A DNA stretch of 64,000 nt from positions 1,088,001-1,152,000 of the forward strand of contig OY969474.1 of the NCBI GenBank assembly GCA_963700145.1, read 5' to 3'. This stretch comes from an uncultured Acidobacteriota bacterium (GTDB lineage: Bacteria > Acidobacteriota > Thermoanaerobaculia > Multivoradales > UBA5704). Every line of letters starts with the position of its first letter. Positions within the stretch are counted from its first letter, which is position 1. This document shows, piece by piece, positions 31,383 to 40,323 of this stretch. Under the pieces are notes generated by a model. It saw only the letters and a list, made by a program, of their open reading frames with translations. It searched no databases and was not told where the DNA came from. A program made the translations under genes and the position numbers.

Positions 31383-33928
31383 AAGGCGGCCGTGTCCGCC
31401 CGCCCGCAGAGGTTGCCGGGCGCGTTGTGGTACACCTTGACCGCCCCGGTCGTGGTGTCGGTCACCTTGATGTCGTACTCGACGTCGGAGAGGGCGCCGA
31501 AGAAGAACCAGAACTTGCCGTTGAGCGGCCGGCCGTCCAGCACCTTGACCACCAGCTCGGTGTTGCTGGCGCTGAAGAACCAGAAGAAGCCGCTGTTGTC
31601 GCCGTAGGGCACCGCGGTGGCGGCGCTGGTGACGCCGCCGTTCTTGAAGGTGCCCTCCACCTGGAAGCGACCGCCGAGGAGGCAGAGCGTGCCCGGCGAG
31701 CAGACCGTCTCCGTCGTCCCCCGCGCGGGCTCAGTCAGGACCAGCGGCTCGGCGACCGCGGCAGGCGCGGACGCGGCCGTGCTCCCCTGCGGGAAGGAAG
31801 TGACGTCGGCGTTGCCGCAGAAGTTGCCGGGGACGTTGTGGTAGGTCGCCGAGTCGCCGTTCGTTGTGTCGATCGCGACCACCCAGTACTCGACGTCCGA
31901 GAGACCCCCGTAGAAGGTCCAGAAGGCCTGGTTGATCGGCCGGCCGTCGAGGATCTTGACGATCAGCTCGATGTTGCTGGAGTCGAAGAACCAGAAGAAG
32001 CCGGTCTGGTCGGAATCGGGGACCGCGGTGGCGGCGCCGAGGGTGCCGTTGGCGAGCTTCCAGAGGACGAAGACGCGGAAGCGCCCGCCGACCAGGCAGA
32101 GGTCGGCTGGGACCGTGCCGCAGGCCACCGCCGCCGGGATCGTCAGGTTCGCTTCGTTGGACCTCGCCGAGCCGCCGCTGGCGTTGCGGGCGCGGACGCG
32201 GAAGGTGTAGGGCACGTCGGCGTCGAGGTTGCTCACCACGTGGCTGGTGGTGTTGGCCGGAGCGGAGGCGATCTCCACGTAACCCGTGTGGTAAGGGCTC
32301 GTCACCTCGACGGCGAAGTCCGCCTCGTTGCTCGACTTGTCCTGCCACTGCAGGCGCGCCTGCGTGGCCGAGACCTGCTCCGCCGTCAGGCCGGTCGGCG
32401 TCGCGGGCAGCGAGGACTGCGTCGTCGCGCCCGCCTCGTTCGAGTAGCCGGAGAACCCCGCGTTGTTCTTGGCCCGGACGCGGAAGGTGTAGCTCGTCGC
32501 GGCCGTCAGGCCGGTGACCGTGAAGGAGCTCGACCCGGCGGGAAGCTGGGGCAGCTCGGTCCAGGCGCCGCCGGTCTTCCGCTCCACGCGGTAGTTGGTC
32601 TCGTTCGTCGCGTTGTCGGTCCAGGCGAGAAGCACGGAGCTCGACGACTGCGCGACGGCGGTGAGGCCGCTCGGGGCCGCCGGCTTGGAGCCGCTGCCGC
32701 CGGTGCCGCCGCCGGGCGCCGGGTAGAGGAAGGCGATCCCCGCCTTGTCGTCGTCGTTGAGCCGCGCTCCGCGATCGTCGGCGTGGGCGGTGGCGCGCAT
32801 CAGGGCCCCGCGCACGATGTCGTTGAGACAGGGGCGGTTTTCGTCGCCGCAGGAGTGCCCGAGGCCGAGGGTGTGCCCGAGCTCGTGGCCGAAGACCTGC
32901 TCGGCCCGCTTGCCGGTCACGAACCAGCAGCCGGTGCCGTCGTTCATCACGATGTCGGCGCCGAGGATGACCAGGTAGTCGCCGATCACCTCCAAGTCGT
33001 CCGACCAGGCGCCGCCGATCGCCAGCACGCCCGTGCCGGAGCCCGGGATGGTGCAGAGAAATTCGCCGCCCATCTCCTGGTTGGGGTCGTTGAAGAGGAT
33101 GACGTTGGCGCCGTCGAAGTCCTCGAAGCCATTGGACAGCGTGGTGGTGCCCTCGTAGCGGTAGCGGATGTTGGAGCGCGCGTCGTTGTTCCAGGCGTTC
33201 ATCGCGGCCTGGAACTCGGCGAAGCCGCCGCCGGCGACCCCCGGCTGCCCCGACTGGTGGGCGCGCCAGCCGACGCTCTGCCCGCTGTCGAACTCGAACC
33301 AGCGGTGCTTCTGCCCGCCGAGGAACGTGAAGGGCTCGATCGCCTTGCCCGGGCCGTCCGGTAGCTCGACGAAGTAGTCCTGCGCCCGCTGGAGGCCGGC
33401 GGCGCGGTCGGCCACCCAGCGGCCGAAGCCGGCGAAATCGCGCGTCTGCTCCACCGCTTCCCCGCCTTCGGGGCTCAGGACCTCCGCCCCGGAGAGGTCG
33501 CGCAGCGCCAGCGCGCGGCCACCCGCGTGCCGCTCGCGGAAGATCCCCATGCCCAGGTGGAGCGGGCGGAACGTGCCGTCCGCGTGCGGGACCAGGAAGA
33601 GGAGCGTCCGCTCGCCCTCGCGCAGCACCGGAACTCCCCAGGCGTGGAAACGCATGCCGTCGCCCCGCTCGCCGCCGACGATGCGCACCCGCGCCTCGCC
33701 GCCGGGGACCCGCCCCTTGAGCAGGCGCTCGACCCGCACGCGGTACTCGGTGAACGGCCGGCCGCCGCCGGTGGCGGCGCCGCCGATCTCCTCGACGGTC
33801 CCCTCGAGGACCACCGCCGCCTGGTCGGCGAGCTGCTCGTCGGGTCCGAGGACGTAGGTGGTGGCGGCGGCGGCGCCGGTGAGCCCGAGCGCCGCCAGAA
33901 GGGACAGGACGAGGCACCTGCGGATCAT
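31379..33928 (-). CDS. Secreted matrixin-like metalloprotease with two FN3 domains and two C-terminal repeat domains
   Basis: HELGHTLGLGH with Met-turn ALM; two FN3 repeats; duplicated LCL.GGRF.V...GFFWFF...N.EL.VK.LDGR...W.F.G.LSDVEY module. Confidence 0.88.
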   Translation of the reverse strand: MIRRCLVLSLLAALGLTGAAAATTYVLGPDEQLADQAAVVLEGTVEEIGGAATGGGRPFTEYRVRVERLLKGRVPGGEARVRIVGGERGDGMRFHAWGVPVLREGERTLLFLVPHADGTFRPLHLGMGIFRERHAGGRALALRDLSGAEVLSPEGGEAVEQTRDFAGFGRWVADRAAGLQRAQDYFVELPDGPGKAIEPFTFLGGQKHRWFEFDSGQSVGWRAHQSGQPGVAGGGFAEFQAAMNAWNNDARSNIRYRYEGTTTLSNGFEDFDGANVILFNDPNQEMGGEFLCTIPGSGTGVLAIGGAWSDDLEVIGDYLVILGADIVMNDGTGCWFVTGKRAEQVFGHELGHTLGLGHSCGDENRPCLNDIVRGALMRATAHADDRGARLNDDDKAGIAFLYPAPGGGTGGSGSKPAAPSGLTAVAQSSSSVLLAWTDNATNETNYRVERKTGGAWTELPQLPAGSSSFTVTGLTAATSYTFRVRAKNNAGFSGYSNEAGATTQSSLPATPTGLTAEQVSATQARLQWQDKSSNEADFAVEVTSPYHTGYVEIASAPANTTSHVVSNLDADVPYTFRVRARNASGGSARSNEANLTIPAAVACGTVPADLCLVGGRFRVFVLWKLANGTLGAATAVPDSDQTGFFWFFDSSNIELIVKILDGRPINQAFWTFYGGLSDVEYWVVAIDTTNGDSATYHNVPGNFCGNADVTSFPQGSTAASAPAAVAEPLVLTEPARGTTETVCSPGTLCLLGGRFQVEGTFKNGGVTSAATAVPYGDNSGFFWFFSASNTELVVKVLDGRPLNGKFWFFFGALSDVEYDIKVTDTTTGAVKVYHNAPGNLCGRADTAAF

Positions 33929-34034
33929 GGGCTGGAGCTCCTCGCTCGAGATCGGCGGGCTGAAATTGGACCTATGCGCCGGTGATGTTAACAACGCCGG
34001 CCGCCGGCCCCTTCCCGCGCGGTAAGATCCGTCG

Positions 34035-35303
34035 ATGCCGAAGATGCCGCCGTCCATCTCGCCGCGGCTCGCCGCCGTTCTGGCGCTCGTCGCGGCGCTC
34101 GCGCCGGCCGCGGCGACGGCGGCGGGCGAGGCGGGGGCCCCGGGCAAATCCCGGCGCGTCGAGGCCGGGGAAACCGCGCCGGCACTGAGCGTCGAAGCCG
34201 TCGTGCAGGGCGGCTCCCCCACCGATCTGACGCCGGAGGCGCTGCGCGGCCAGGCCGTCGTCGTGGAGTTCTGGTCCACCTGGTGCGGCCCCTGTATCGG
34301 TGCCCTGCCGCACTGGAACGAGCTCGCCGCCGCCTTCGCCGGCAAGCCGGTGCGCTTCGTCTCGATCACCTCCGAGCCTGAGGAGAAGGTGCGGCCCTTC
34401 CTCGCCAAGCGGCCGATGTCCGGCGTCGTGGCGCTCGACACCGACAAGTCGGTCTTCACCGCCTACGGCGTGCGCGGGATCCCGCACACCGTGCTCATTG
34501 ACCCGCAGGGAACGGTGCGCGCGGTCACCCGCCCGGACGACGTCGACGCCGCCGCCCTCACCGACCTCCTCGCCGGCAAGGCGCCGCAGGTCGCGGCCTT
34601 CGTCGATCCACGCGACCGGCTGGCGGAGCTGCTCGGGGGGGAGAGCGACGGGCCGCCGCCGCTGGTCCGCGCCATGGTCCGCCCGGCCCTCTCCGACGAG
34701 CAGACGATGGCCTTCGGCGCCGGCACCTACTTCGGCACCGGCGTCGACGCGCGCGCGGCGCTGGCCCTCGCCTTCGAGGTCTCGGAGACGCGCCTGATCG
34801 CCGAGGGGGAGCTGCCCGAGGGGCTCTTCGACATGGCGTTCGCGGCGCCGCCGGAGGACGATCAGGCGCTCTTCGGCCTGATGCGCCACGCCGTGCCGGC
34901 GGCCCTGGCGGTCGAGGCGCGGCTCGAGCAGCGGCCGCTCGACGTCTGGCTCCTGCGCGTCCCGGAAGGCGGGAAACCGGCGCTGGCGCCGGCGGAAGAG
35001 GGCCCGCCCGGCTTCCGCAGCGACCGCGCGAAGGGAACGCTGCGTGGCGACGCGATGCGCACCTTCATGCTCGCCGGCAGCCTCGAGCGGACGCTCGGCC
35101 GCCCGGTGCTCGACGAGACCGGCCTCGACGGGCGCTACAAGATCGAGCTGACCTGGGAACCGCAGCGGTTGGAGGACCTCCCCGCCGCCGTCCGCGAGCA
35201 GCTCGGCCTCGAGCTGGCGCCGGCGCGGCGCGAGATCGAGGTGCTCGTCGTGCGGCCGAAGCCGGAGCTGGCGCCCGCAGAAGAGCACGCTGCGGCAAAC
35301 TGA
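34035..35303 (+). CDS. TlpA/redoxin domain plus TIGR03435 (DUF3738)-like domain protein
   Basis: Signal peptide; FWSTWCGPC; C-terminal LGRPVLDETGLDGRY...EQLGLEL...IEVLVV. Confidence 0.85.
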   Translation: MPKMPPSISPRLAAVLALVAALAPAAATAAGEAGAPGKSRRVEAGETAPALSVEAVVQGGSPTDLTPEALRGQAVVVEFWSTWCGPCIGALPHWNELAAAFAGKPVRFVSITSEPEEKVRPFLAKRPMSGVVALDTDKSVFTAYGVRGIPHTVLIDPQGTVRAVTRPDDVDAAALTDLLAGKAPQVAAFVDPRDRLAELLGGESDGPPPLVRAMVRPALSDEQTMAFGAGTYFGTGVDARAALALAFEVSETRLIAEGELPEGLFDMAFAAPPEDDQALFGLMRHAVPAALAVEARLEQRPLDVWLLRVPEGGKPALAPAEEGPPGFRSDRAKGTLRGDAMRTFMLAGSLERTLGRPVLDETGLDGRYKIELTWEPQRLEDLPAAVREQLGLELAPARREIEVLVVRPKPELAPAEEHAAAN

Positions 35304-35329
35304 CGGCCATCGCCAGCCTCATCCGCCCC

Positions 35330-38300
35330 TCACGGCGTGCCCGAGACGTTGACCACGGCATAAGGTGGCGGCACCGTAAATAGCCCATTGCCCGGCAAGG
35401 TCGAGAGACGCTCGTTAAGGCCGGCTGCATCGCGGGTGCGCACGCGGTAGTAGATCCGGTCGTCGTCGTCGAGGGTCTCCCACGCCGCCGCCGGGACGCT
35501 CCAGGTGCCGTAGCACTCCGGGGTGCCGGCGTCGGTCGGGTCTAGATCCACCACCTGAAAGCCGCTCGCCATGAAGTTGAGCGTGAAGGCCTCGTCGTTG
35601 GCCACCTCCACCTGGAACTGGGTGTTGCACGGCGATGGATCGGTGAAGGAGGCCGTGTCGCCGCTGAAGCGATAGCGCGGCCCGGTCCAGATGAGGAAGG
35701 TAGGGGCCGGCCCACCCCGCTCGAGCCAGTCCCACTCCGGATGGACGACGCCGTCGAGCTTCACGTCGTCGCCCGTGTCGTTGTCGTCGATGTCCACCAC
35801 CGCCTCGCCGCCGTTCTCCCCCGCCGGGCACTGCAGCGGGTCGGTGGTTGCCGTATTCCCGTCGAGGCACTGCCAGGGAATGAGGAAGATCCCGGCGCGC
35901 GCGAAGGCGCCGGTCGCCTTGCTCGTCGTGTGCGGCCCGTTGTGGAAGAAGGCCGGCGGCCCGCCGGGCGATCCTGAGGTGGCCCACTGGTTGGTGATCT
36001 TGACGGCCAGGTCGACCAGTCCGCGGTAGATGCCGCGGTCGCTGCTGTCCGGCGCCACGCCGCCGAACCACCCGGTGGTGCGCAGGGCGCGTACGAAGCG
36101 CACCAGGTACTGGGGCGTGCCCGACGGCAGGCACTTGCTGCGCATCCCCTGGCGCAAGGCCCACAGCGCGGCACCGGCGATCTGCATATCCGCGTAGCCG
36201 CCGGTCGCCATGACGCGGTGCTCGGGGAAGTGGTCGCCGGGGCTCGCCGGATCGAAGGGGACGTTGACCTGCGACAGGCGAGGTGAGGAGCCGCCCTCGC
36301 TGTGATGGGCGACGCAGTTCAGACTGGCGTCGGCGTCCGTCTGGTTCTTCGACTTCCAGCCCGACCAACAGTTGGTGCTCTCGAAGGCGTGCGCCCAGGA
36401 GTCCGCGAAGTCGTGGAAGCTCGCCCCCGGATCGAGCGGCACCGGGCAGGCCATGGGCGGCGCCCCCTCGAGGGTCGGCGGCGCGCACCAGTCGGCGGGC
36501 CGGTCCGTGTACTGGCGAGGCGTCAGCGCGTGCCCGAACTCGTGCGCGACATAGGTGTGGTCGTGCATCACGCTGACGTGGTTGGCCCCGTCGGGGCAGG
36601 CCGCGTCGATGAAGCCGGGGCAGAGCTGGAAGGAGATGCCGGCAGGCGAGCCTAAGGCGGTGCAGAAGGAACCATCGCCGAGCTCGTAGTCGAGGTTCAT
36701 GGCCCCGGTCGGAAACGGGGTGAAGAGGCCGGCGGAGAGGGCCATCGACCGCTGGCGGTAGAGAGTCGCCAGGAGGTCGACCTGCTCGAACGTCGTGTTG
36801 CCGCCCGACTGGCAGACGGCGTTGGCGGCGTCGTTGAACGGCGCGTGGTCGAAGTGGGCGAAGGTCTCGGAGCTGCCGTCCGCGTCGTCCGGGATCTCGA
36901 CCTCGCCGTCGTCGAAGACGCCGTCCCCGAAACGGTCGAGGCGCGCGAAGACCCCGCTGAGTTGCAGCCGGTAGAGCCCACCCGCCGAGTCGTCCACCCG
37001 GAACGGGGTGAGGTCGGTGACCGGCAGGAGGTCGGGCGCGCGCCGGAAGGTGCGGCCGCTCGCCGCCACGTCCTCGTGGATCAGCGGCACGAGCTGGAGG
37101 ATGGCGCCGCTCTCGGCGTCCATCCAGACGTAGAAGAGGCCGTCGACGAGCTGCCACTCGGCCACGACCGGCATGCGATAGGCGTAGCGCAGCGCCGGCA
37201 CGCCGCCACTGCCGCCGTAGGGAAGCAGGATCAGCTCGATCCGCTCCGGCGCCGTGCGCCGCGGGAAGCAGAGTCCCTCGATCCCGCCGAGGGCGGTCCG
37301 CACTCGCAGGGCGGCCTCCTCGGGCGTGAGGATGACCCGGTTCGTCACCGTGTAGCGGTTGAAGGCGCGGCCAGTGACCAGCGTGACCGTTTCCCCCTCC
37401 CAACGGGCGGCGAGGATCCCGGTATGCTCGATCGGGACGTTGCTCTCGAGCTGGGGAAAGAAGTACTCGACTTCCAGCCGTTCGATGTCGGCGCGGAACT
37501 GCGCGAAGGTCATGCCCTCGCCATTCAGGAACAGGCGATCGACCTCCGGCGAGCCTGCGCCGTGTTGCATGGCACCGCAGATGAGGTCGGCGCTCGCCTG
37601 CTTCAGCCGCGCGGCCTCCTGGCAGGTGAAGCTCGCCAGGGGGGCGAGGGACGCCTTGGGCATCTCCTTGCCGTCATGATCGGGGACGCCCATGCGCCGC
37701 TCCGGGCCCTGCACGCCCACCGCGCGCAGGATCGGCGCCACCACCTCGGAGAAGACTTGGCGCGCCGAGAGCTGTTCCGCGCGACCAGCCGGGAGCGTCA
37801 CGACGAATCCCTCCCCCTCGAACGCGGGGAACAAGGCCCGCGCGCCGGGCGGGAGGGCCTCCGCCCGGGACTGCGCCGGGATTTCGGGGAAGCGGGGAGG
37901 ATCGACGCGCGGCGGCGATGACAGCTCCCCCGTCGGCGTCGGTCGAGGGCGTGGGCAGGCCACTTTCTGGTCCTGCCCGAAGGCGGCGTCGTCGGCCCGC
38001 ACTCCAAGCCATTGCGTGAAATGGCGCGCCGCCCGCCGGCGTCTGAACGTGTCGTCGAACCGTACGGTGAACGTCGCCCCCTGCCCCATCACGGGATTTG
38101 AAGAGCCGAAGCTCGTGCTGGCCAGCCAGGTGATGTCGGCCTCCAATCCCGGCGGCTCGGTGGCGGCGGTGAACGTCACCGGGACTCCGTCCGGGATCAC
38201 GGCGCGGCGATTGAGGTGGCTGGTGATATGGGTGCGGTAGATCTCAAAGGTGACCTCACGCAAGCGACGCCCGCCGCCGAGTCGAACCGAGTAGGTTCCC

Positions 38301-38971
38301 GGCTCACCGAAGGACAGCGAGACCGAGGAGCCGAAAAAAGTCTGAGAGCTCCGGCGGTCCCCCCGAACGCGCCATTCCATGAGGGGAGCGAAGCCGCTCG
38401 GAGCCACCACGGCGTGAAGGTCCAAGGTCCTGCCGACCGACGTGCGATATCGGTTTGCAGCGACCTGACGTAATGCAGCAATCGAAGGCTGACGGTAGTA
38501 GCGATAGGTGGAGGCATTCAGGTTCTCGGGATCGAGCGCGACGGGAGCGACAGAGCTTTCGATGGACAAGACCTGGACCGCCCGCGCAGGGACATTCTCA
38601 ACGTGGAGGACGCAGCTCTCCCGGAAGCTTTGCCCGTCGGCTCTCACGATCTCAACCTCGACTACCTGGACGCCGACGTTCTCGAGCGGGCACTCGGCGA
38701 GGGACCAGCCATCGTGCTGGGAGATCTCATGAGCGCCCTGCCAGCGGATCGACGCCCCGGCCGGGACCTCACGCTTGAGACGCAAGGTCGTGCCCAGCGG
38801 CACCGACGTAGAGGTTGGAGCCGGATGCCAAGACGTAGTCAACCCAGGGATCGGGCCGATGTACAGTGCGTTCGGGGTCTTCGCCATCGCCATCGCGCCG
38901 GACGCGAGCTCGAGAGCTGCGAGGATGAAAACGGCGGCATGCCTGCGAATGAAGCCGTGAGGTCTGAACAC
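35330..38971 (-). CDS. Large secreted modular protein with a putative M4/M36-like metallopeptidase domain
   Basis: 1213-aa ORF; signal-like N-terminus, beta-rich modules, propeptide-like YVWMDAESGAIL, HEFGH motif. Confidence 0.7.
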   Translation of the reverse strand: MFRPHGFIRRHAAVFILAALELASGAMAMAKTPNALYIGPIPGLTTSWHPAPTSTSVPLGTTLRLKREVPAGASIRWQGAHEISQHDGWSLAECPLENVGVQVVEVEIVRADGQSFRESCVLHVENVPARAVQVLSIESSVAPVALDPENLNASTYRYYRQPSIAALRQVAANRYRTSVGRTLDLHAVVAPSGFAPLMEWRVRGDRRSSQTFFGSSVSLSFGEPGTYSVRLGGGRRLREVTFEIYRTHITSHLNRRAVIPDGVPVTFTAATEPPGLEADITWLASTSFGSSNPVMGQGATFTVRFDDTFRRRRAARHFTQWLGVRADDAAFGQDQKVACPRPRPTPTGELSSPPRVDPPRFPEIPAQSRAEALPPGARALFPAFEGEGFVVTLPAGRAEQLSARQVFSEVVAPILRAVGVQGPERRMGVPDHDGKEMPKASLAPLASFTCQEAARLKQASADLICGAMQHGAGSPEVDRLFLNGEGMTFAQFRADIERLEVEYFFPQLESNVPIEHTGILAARWEGETVTLVTGRAFNRYTVTNRVILTPEEAALRVRTALGGIEGLCFPRRTAPERIELILLPYGGSGGVPALRYAYRMPVVAEWQLVDGLFYVWMDAESGAILQLVPLIHEDVAASGRTFRRAPDLLPVTDLTPFRVDDSAGGLYRLQLSGVFARLDRFGDGVFDDGEVEIPDDADGSSETFAHFDHAPFNDAANAVCQSGGNTTFEQVDLLATLYRQRSMALSAGLFTPFPTGAMNLDYELGDGSFCTALGSPAGISFQLCPGFIDAACPDGANHVSVMHDHTYVAHEFGHALTPRQYTDRPADWCAPPTLEGAPPMACPVPLDPGASFHDFADSWAHAFESTNCWSGWKSKNQTDADASLNCVAHHSEGGSSPRLSQVNVPFDPASPGDHFPEHRVMATGGYADMQIAGAALWALRQGMRSKCLPSGTPQYLVRFVRALRTTGWFGGVAPDSSDRGIYRGLVDLAVKITNQWATSGSPGGPPAFFHNGPHTTSKATGAFARAGIFLIPWQCLDGNTATTDPLQCPAGENGGEAVVDIDDNDTGDDVKLDGVVHPEWDWLERGGPAPTFLIWTGPRYRFSGDTASFTDPSPCNTQFQVEVANDEAFTLNFMASGFQVVDLDPTDAGTPECYGTWSVPAAAWETLDDDDRIYYRVRTRDAAGLNERLSTLPGNGLFTVPPPYAVVNVSGTP

Positions 38972-39094
38972 GGACCACCTCCTCGGTCGCCGCGAAGTAC
39001 TTCCTAAGCCGCGGCACGCGGCTTATTGCCTCTACTTAAGAAGTTACCGCAACCTAACCCTTGTGGACAAAGAGGCCCCCCCCCGGTAGAACCG

Positions 39095-39274
39095 ATGCAA
39101 GGGCGCGCGCCGACGCCGGTCGCCGACGAGCAGGCCGCGGCGCACCGACCCAGCTGCGGCGCCTTTGCACCCCGCGAGGGGCCCAGGCACTCGCCTTCGA
39201 GGTCTCGGAAACGCGGCTGATCGCCGAGGGGGCGCTGCCCGCCCACCGAAGAGCAGGCGGCCGCCGCGCACTGA
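39095..39274 (+). pseudogene. Scrambled duplicate fragments of the upstream TlpA-domain gene
   Basis: 39190-39241 matches 34767-34818 at 49/52 nt; followed by PTEEQAAAAH*, similar to the gene's C-terminus PAEEHAAAN*. Confidence 0.75.
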
Positions 39275-39314
39275 TCCCACGCTCAGGGTACGGGCCTTGC
39301 ACCCTCGCGAGGGC

Positions 39315-40301
39315 ATGGCTGGAGTGCGTGCACGCCGGGCGCGGCGCGGCGCGAGCTGGGGCCTCGCCGCGGCGCTCGTCTGCGCGGCCTGCGGCGGCGA
39401 CCGGCCGGCTACTGCGCCGGCGCCCGACGCCGAGAGCGCCGCCAAGGCGCAGGCGCCTGCATCCGGCGGCCCGACGAGCATCCGCATGCGCCGCGTGCTG
39501 CTGCGCGTGACCCCGACCGCCACCCTCCGCATCGACAGCCTCAGCGGCCGCCTGCGCCCGACGCAGCGCGGCGAGGCACCCTACTTCGACGACCCGACCT
39601 CCTTCCGCATCGACCTCGACTCCGCCGCCATCTCGGTCGACGCGGCGAGCCTCTCCGCCCTCCTCAACGACTGCCTGCGCCGCCACCGCGAGGTGCCGCT
39701 CAAGGACGTCAGCGTCACCACCCGCCAGGGCGAGCTGCGGCAGAAAGGGAAGCTCGAGAAGGGGCCGGGGATGTCCTTCGAGATCCGCGCCCGGCCACAG
39801 GTCGCGCCGGGCGGCCGGCACCTCCTCTTGCAGCCGTCGAAGATCGAGGCCGCGCACGTGCCGGTCAAGGGGTTGATGCGCGTCTTCGGGATCGAGATGG
39901 AGTCGATGCTCGACCCCAAGGGCGCTTGCGGCCTGTCGACCGAAGGCAATACCTTGCACCTCGACCCCGGCGCCCTGGCGCCGCCGCCGGCGATGGAGGG
40001 GAAGCTCGCCGGCGTCGAGGTGCTGGACGACCGCCTGGCGCTGCGCTTCGGCGAGCCGGCGGCGGCGCCCGCGGCCGGCGGCGACGACCGCCCCGGCTAC
40101 ATCGCCTTCCGCGGCGGCACGCTCCGCTTCGGCAAGCTGACGATGAACGACACCGACCTGCGGCTGATCGACGACGACCCCGAGGACCCCTTCGAGTTCT
40201 TCCTCGAGCGCTACGCCGACCAGCTCGTCGCCGGCTACTCGAAGACCACCAAGGACAAGGGCCTCCGCACCTACCTGCCGGACTACGGCGATCTGAAGTA
40301 G
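39315..40301 (+). CDS. Hypothetical lipoprotein
   Basis: Lipobox-like LVCAAC; host-like codon use; beta-rich body; start codon uncertain. Confidence 0.7.
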   Translation: MAGVRARRARRGASWGLAAALVCAACGGDRPATAPAPDAESAAKAQAPASGGPTSIRMRRVLLRVTPTATLRIDSLSGRLRPTQRGEAPYFDDPTSFRIDLDSAAISVDAASLSALLNDCLRRHREVPLKDVSVTTRQGELRQKGKLEKGPGMSFEIRARPQVAPGGRHLLLQPSKIEAAHVPVKGLMRVFGIEMESMLDPKGACGLSTEGNTLHLDPGALAPPPAMEGKLAGVEVLDDRLALRFGEPAAAPAAGGDDRPGYIAFRGGTLRFGKLTMNDTDLRLIDDDPEDPFEFFLERYADQLVAGYSKTTKDKGLRTYLPDYGDLK

Positions 40302-40323
40302 CGGCGGGCCGCCGGCGTCGCTC

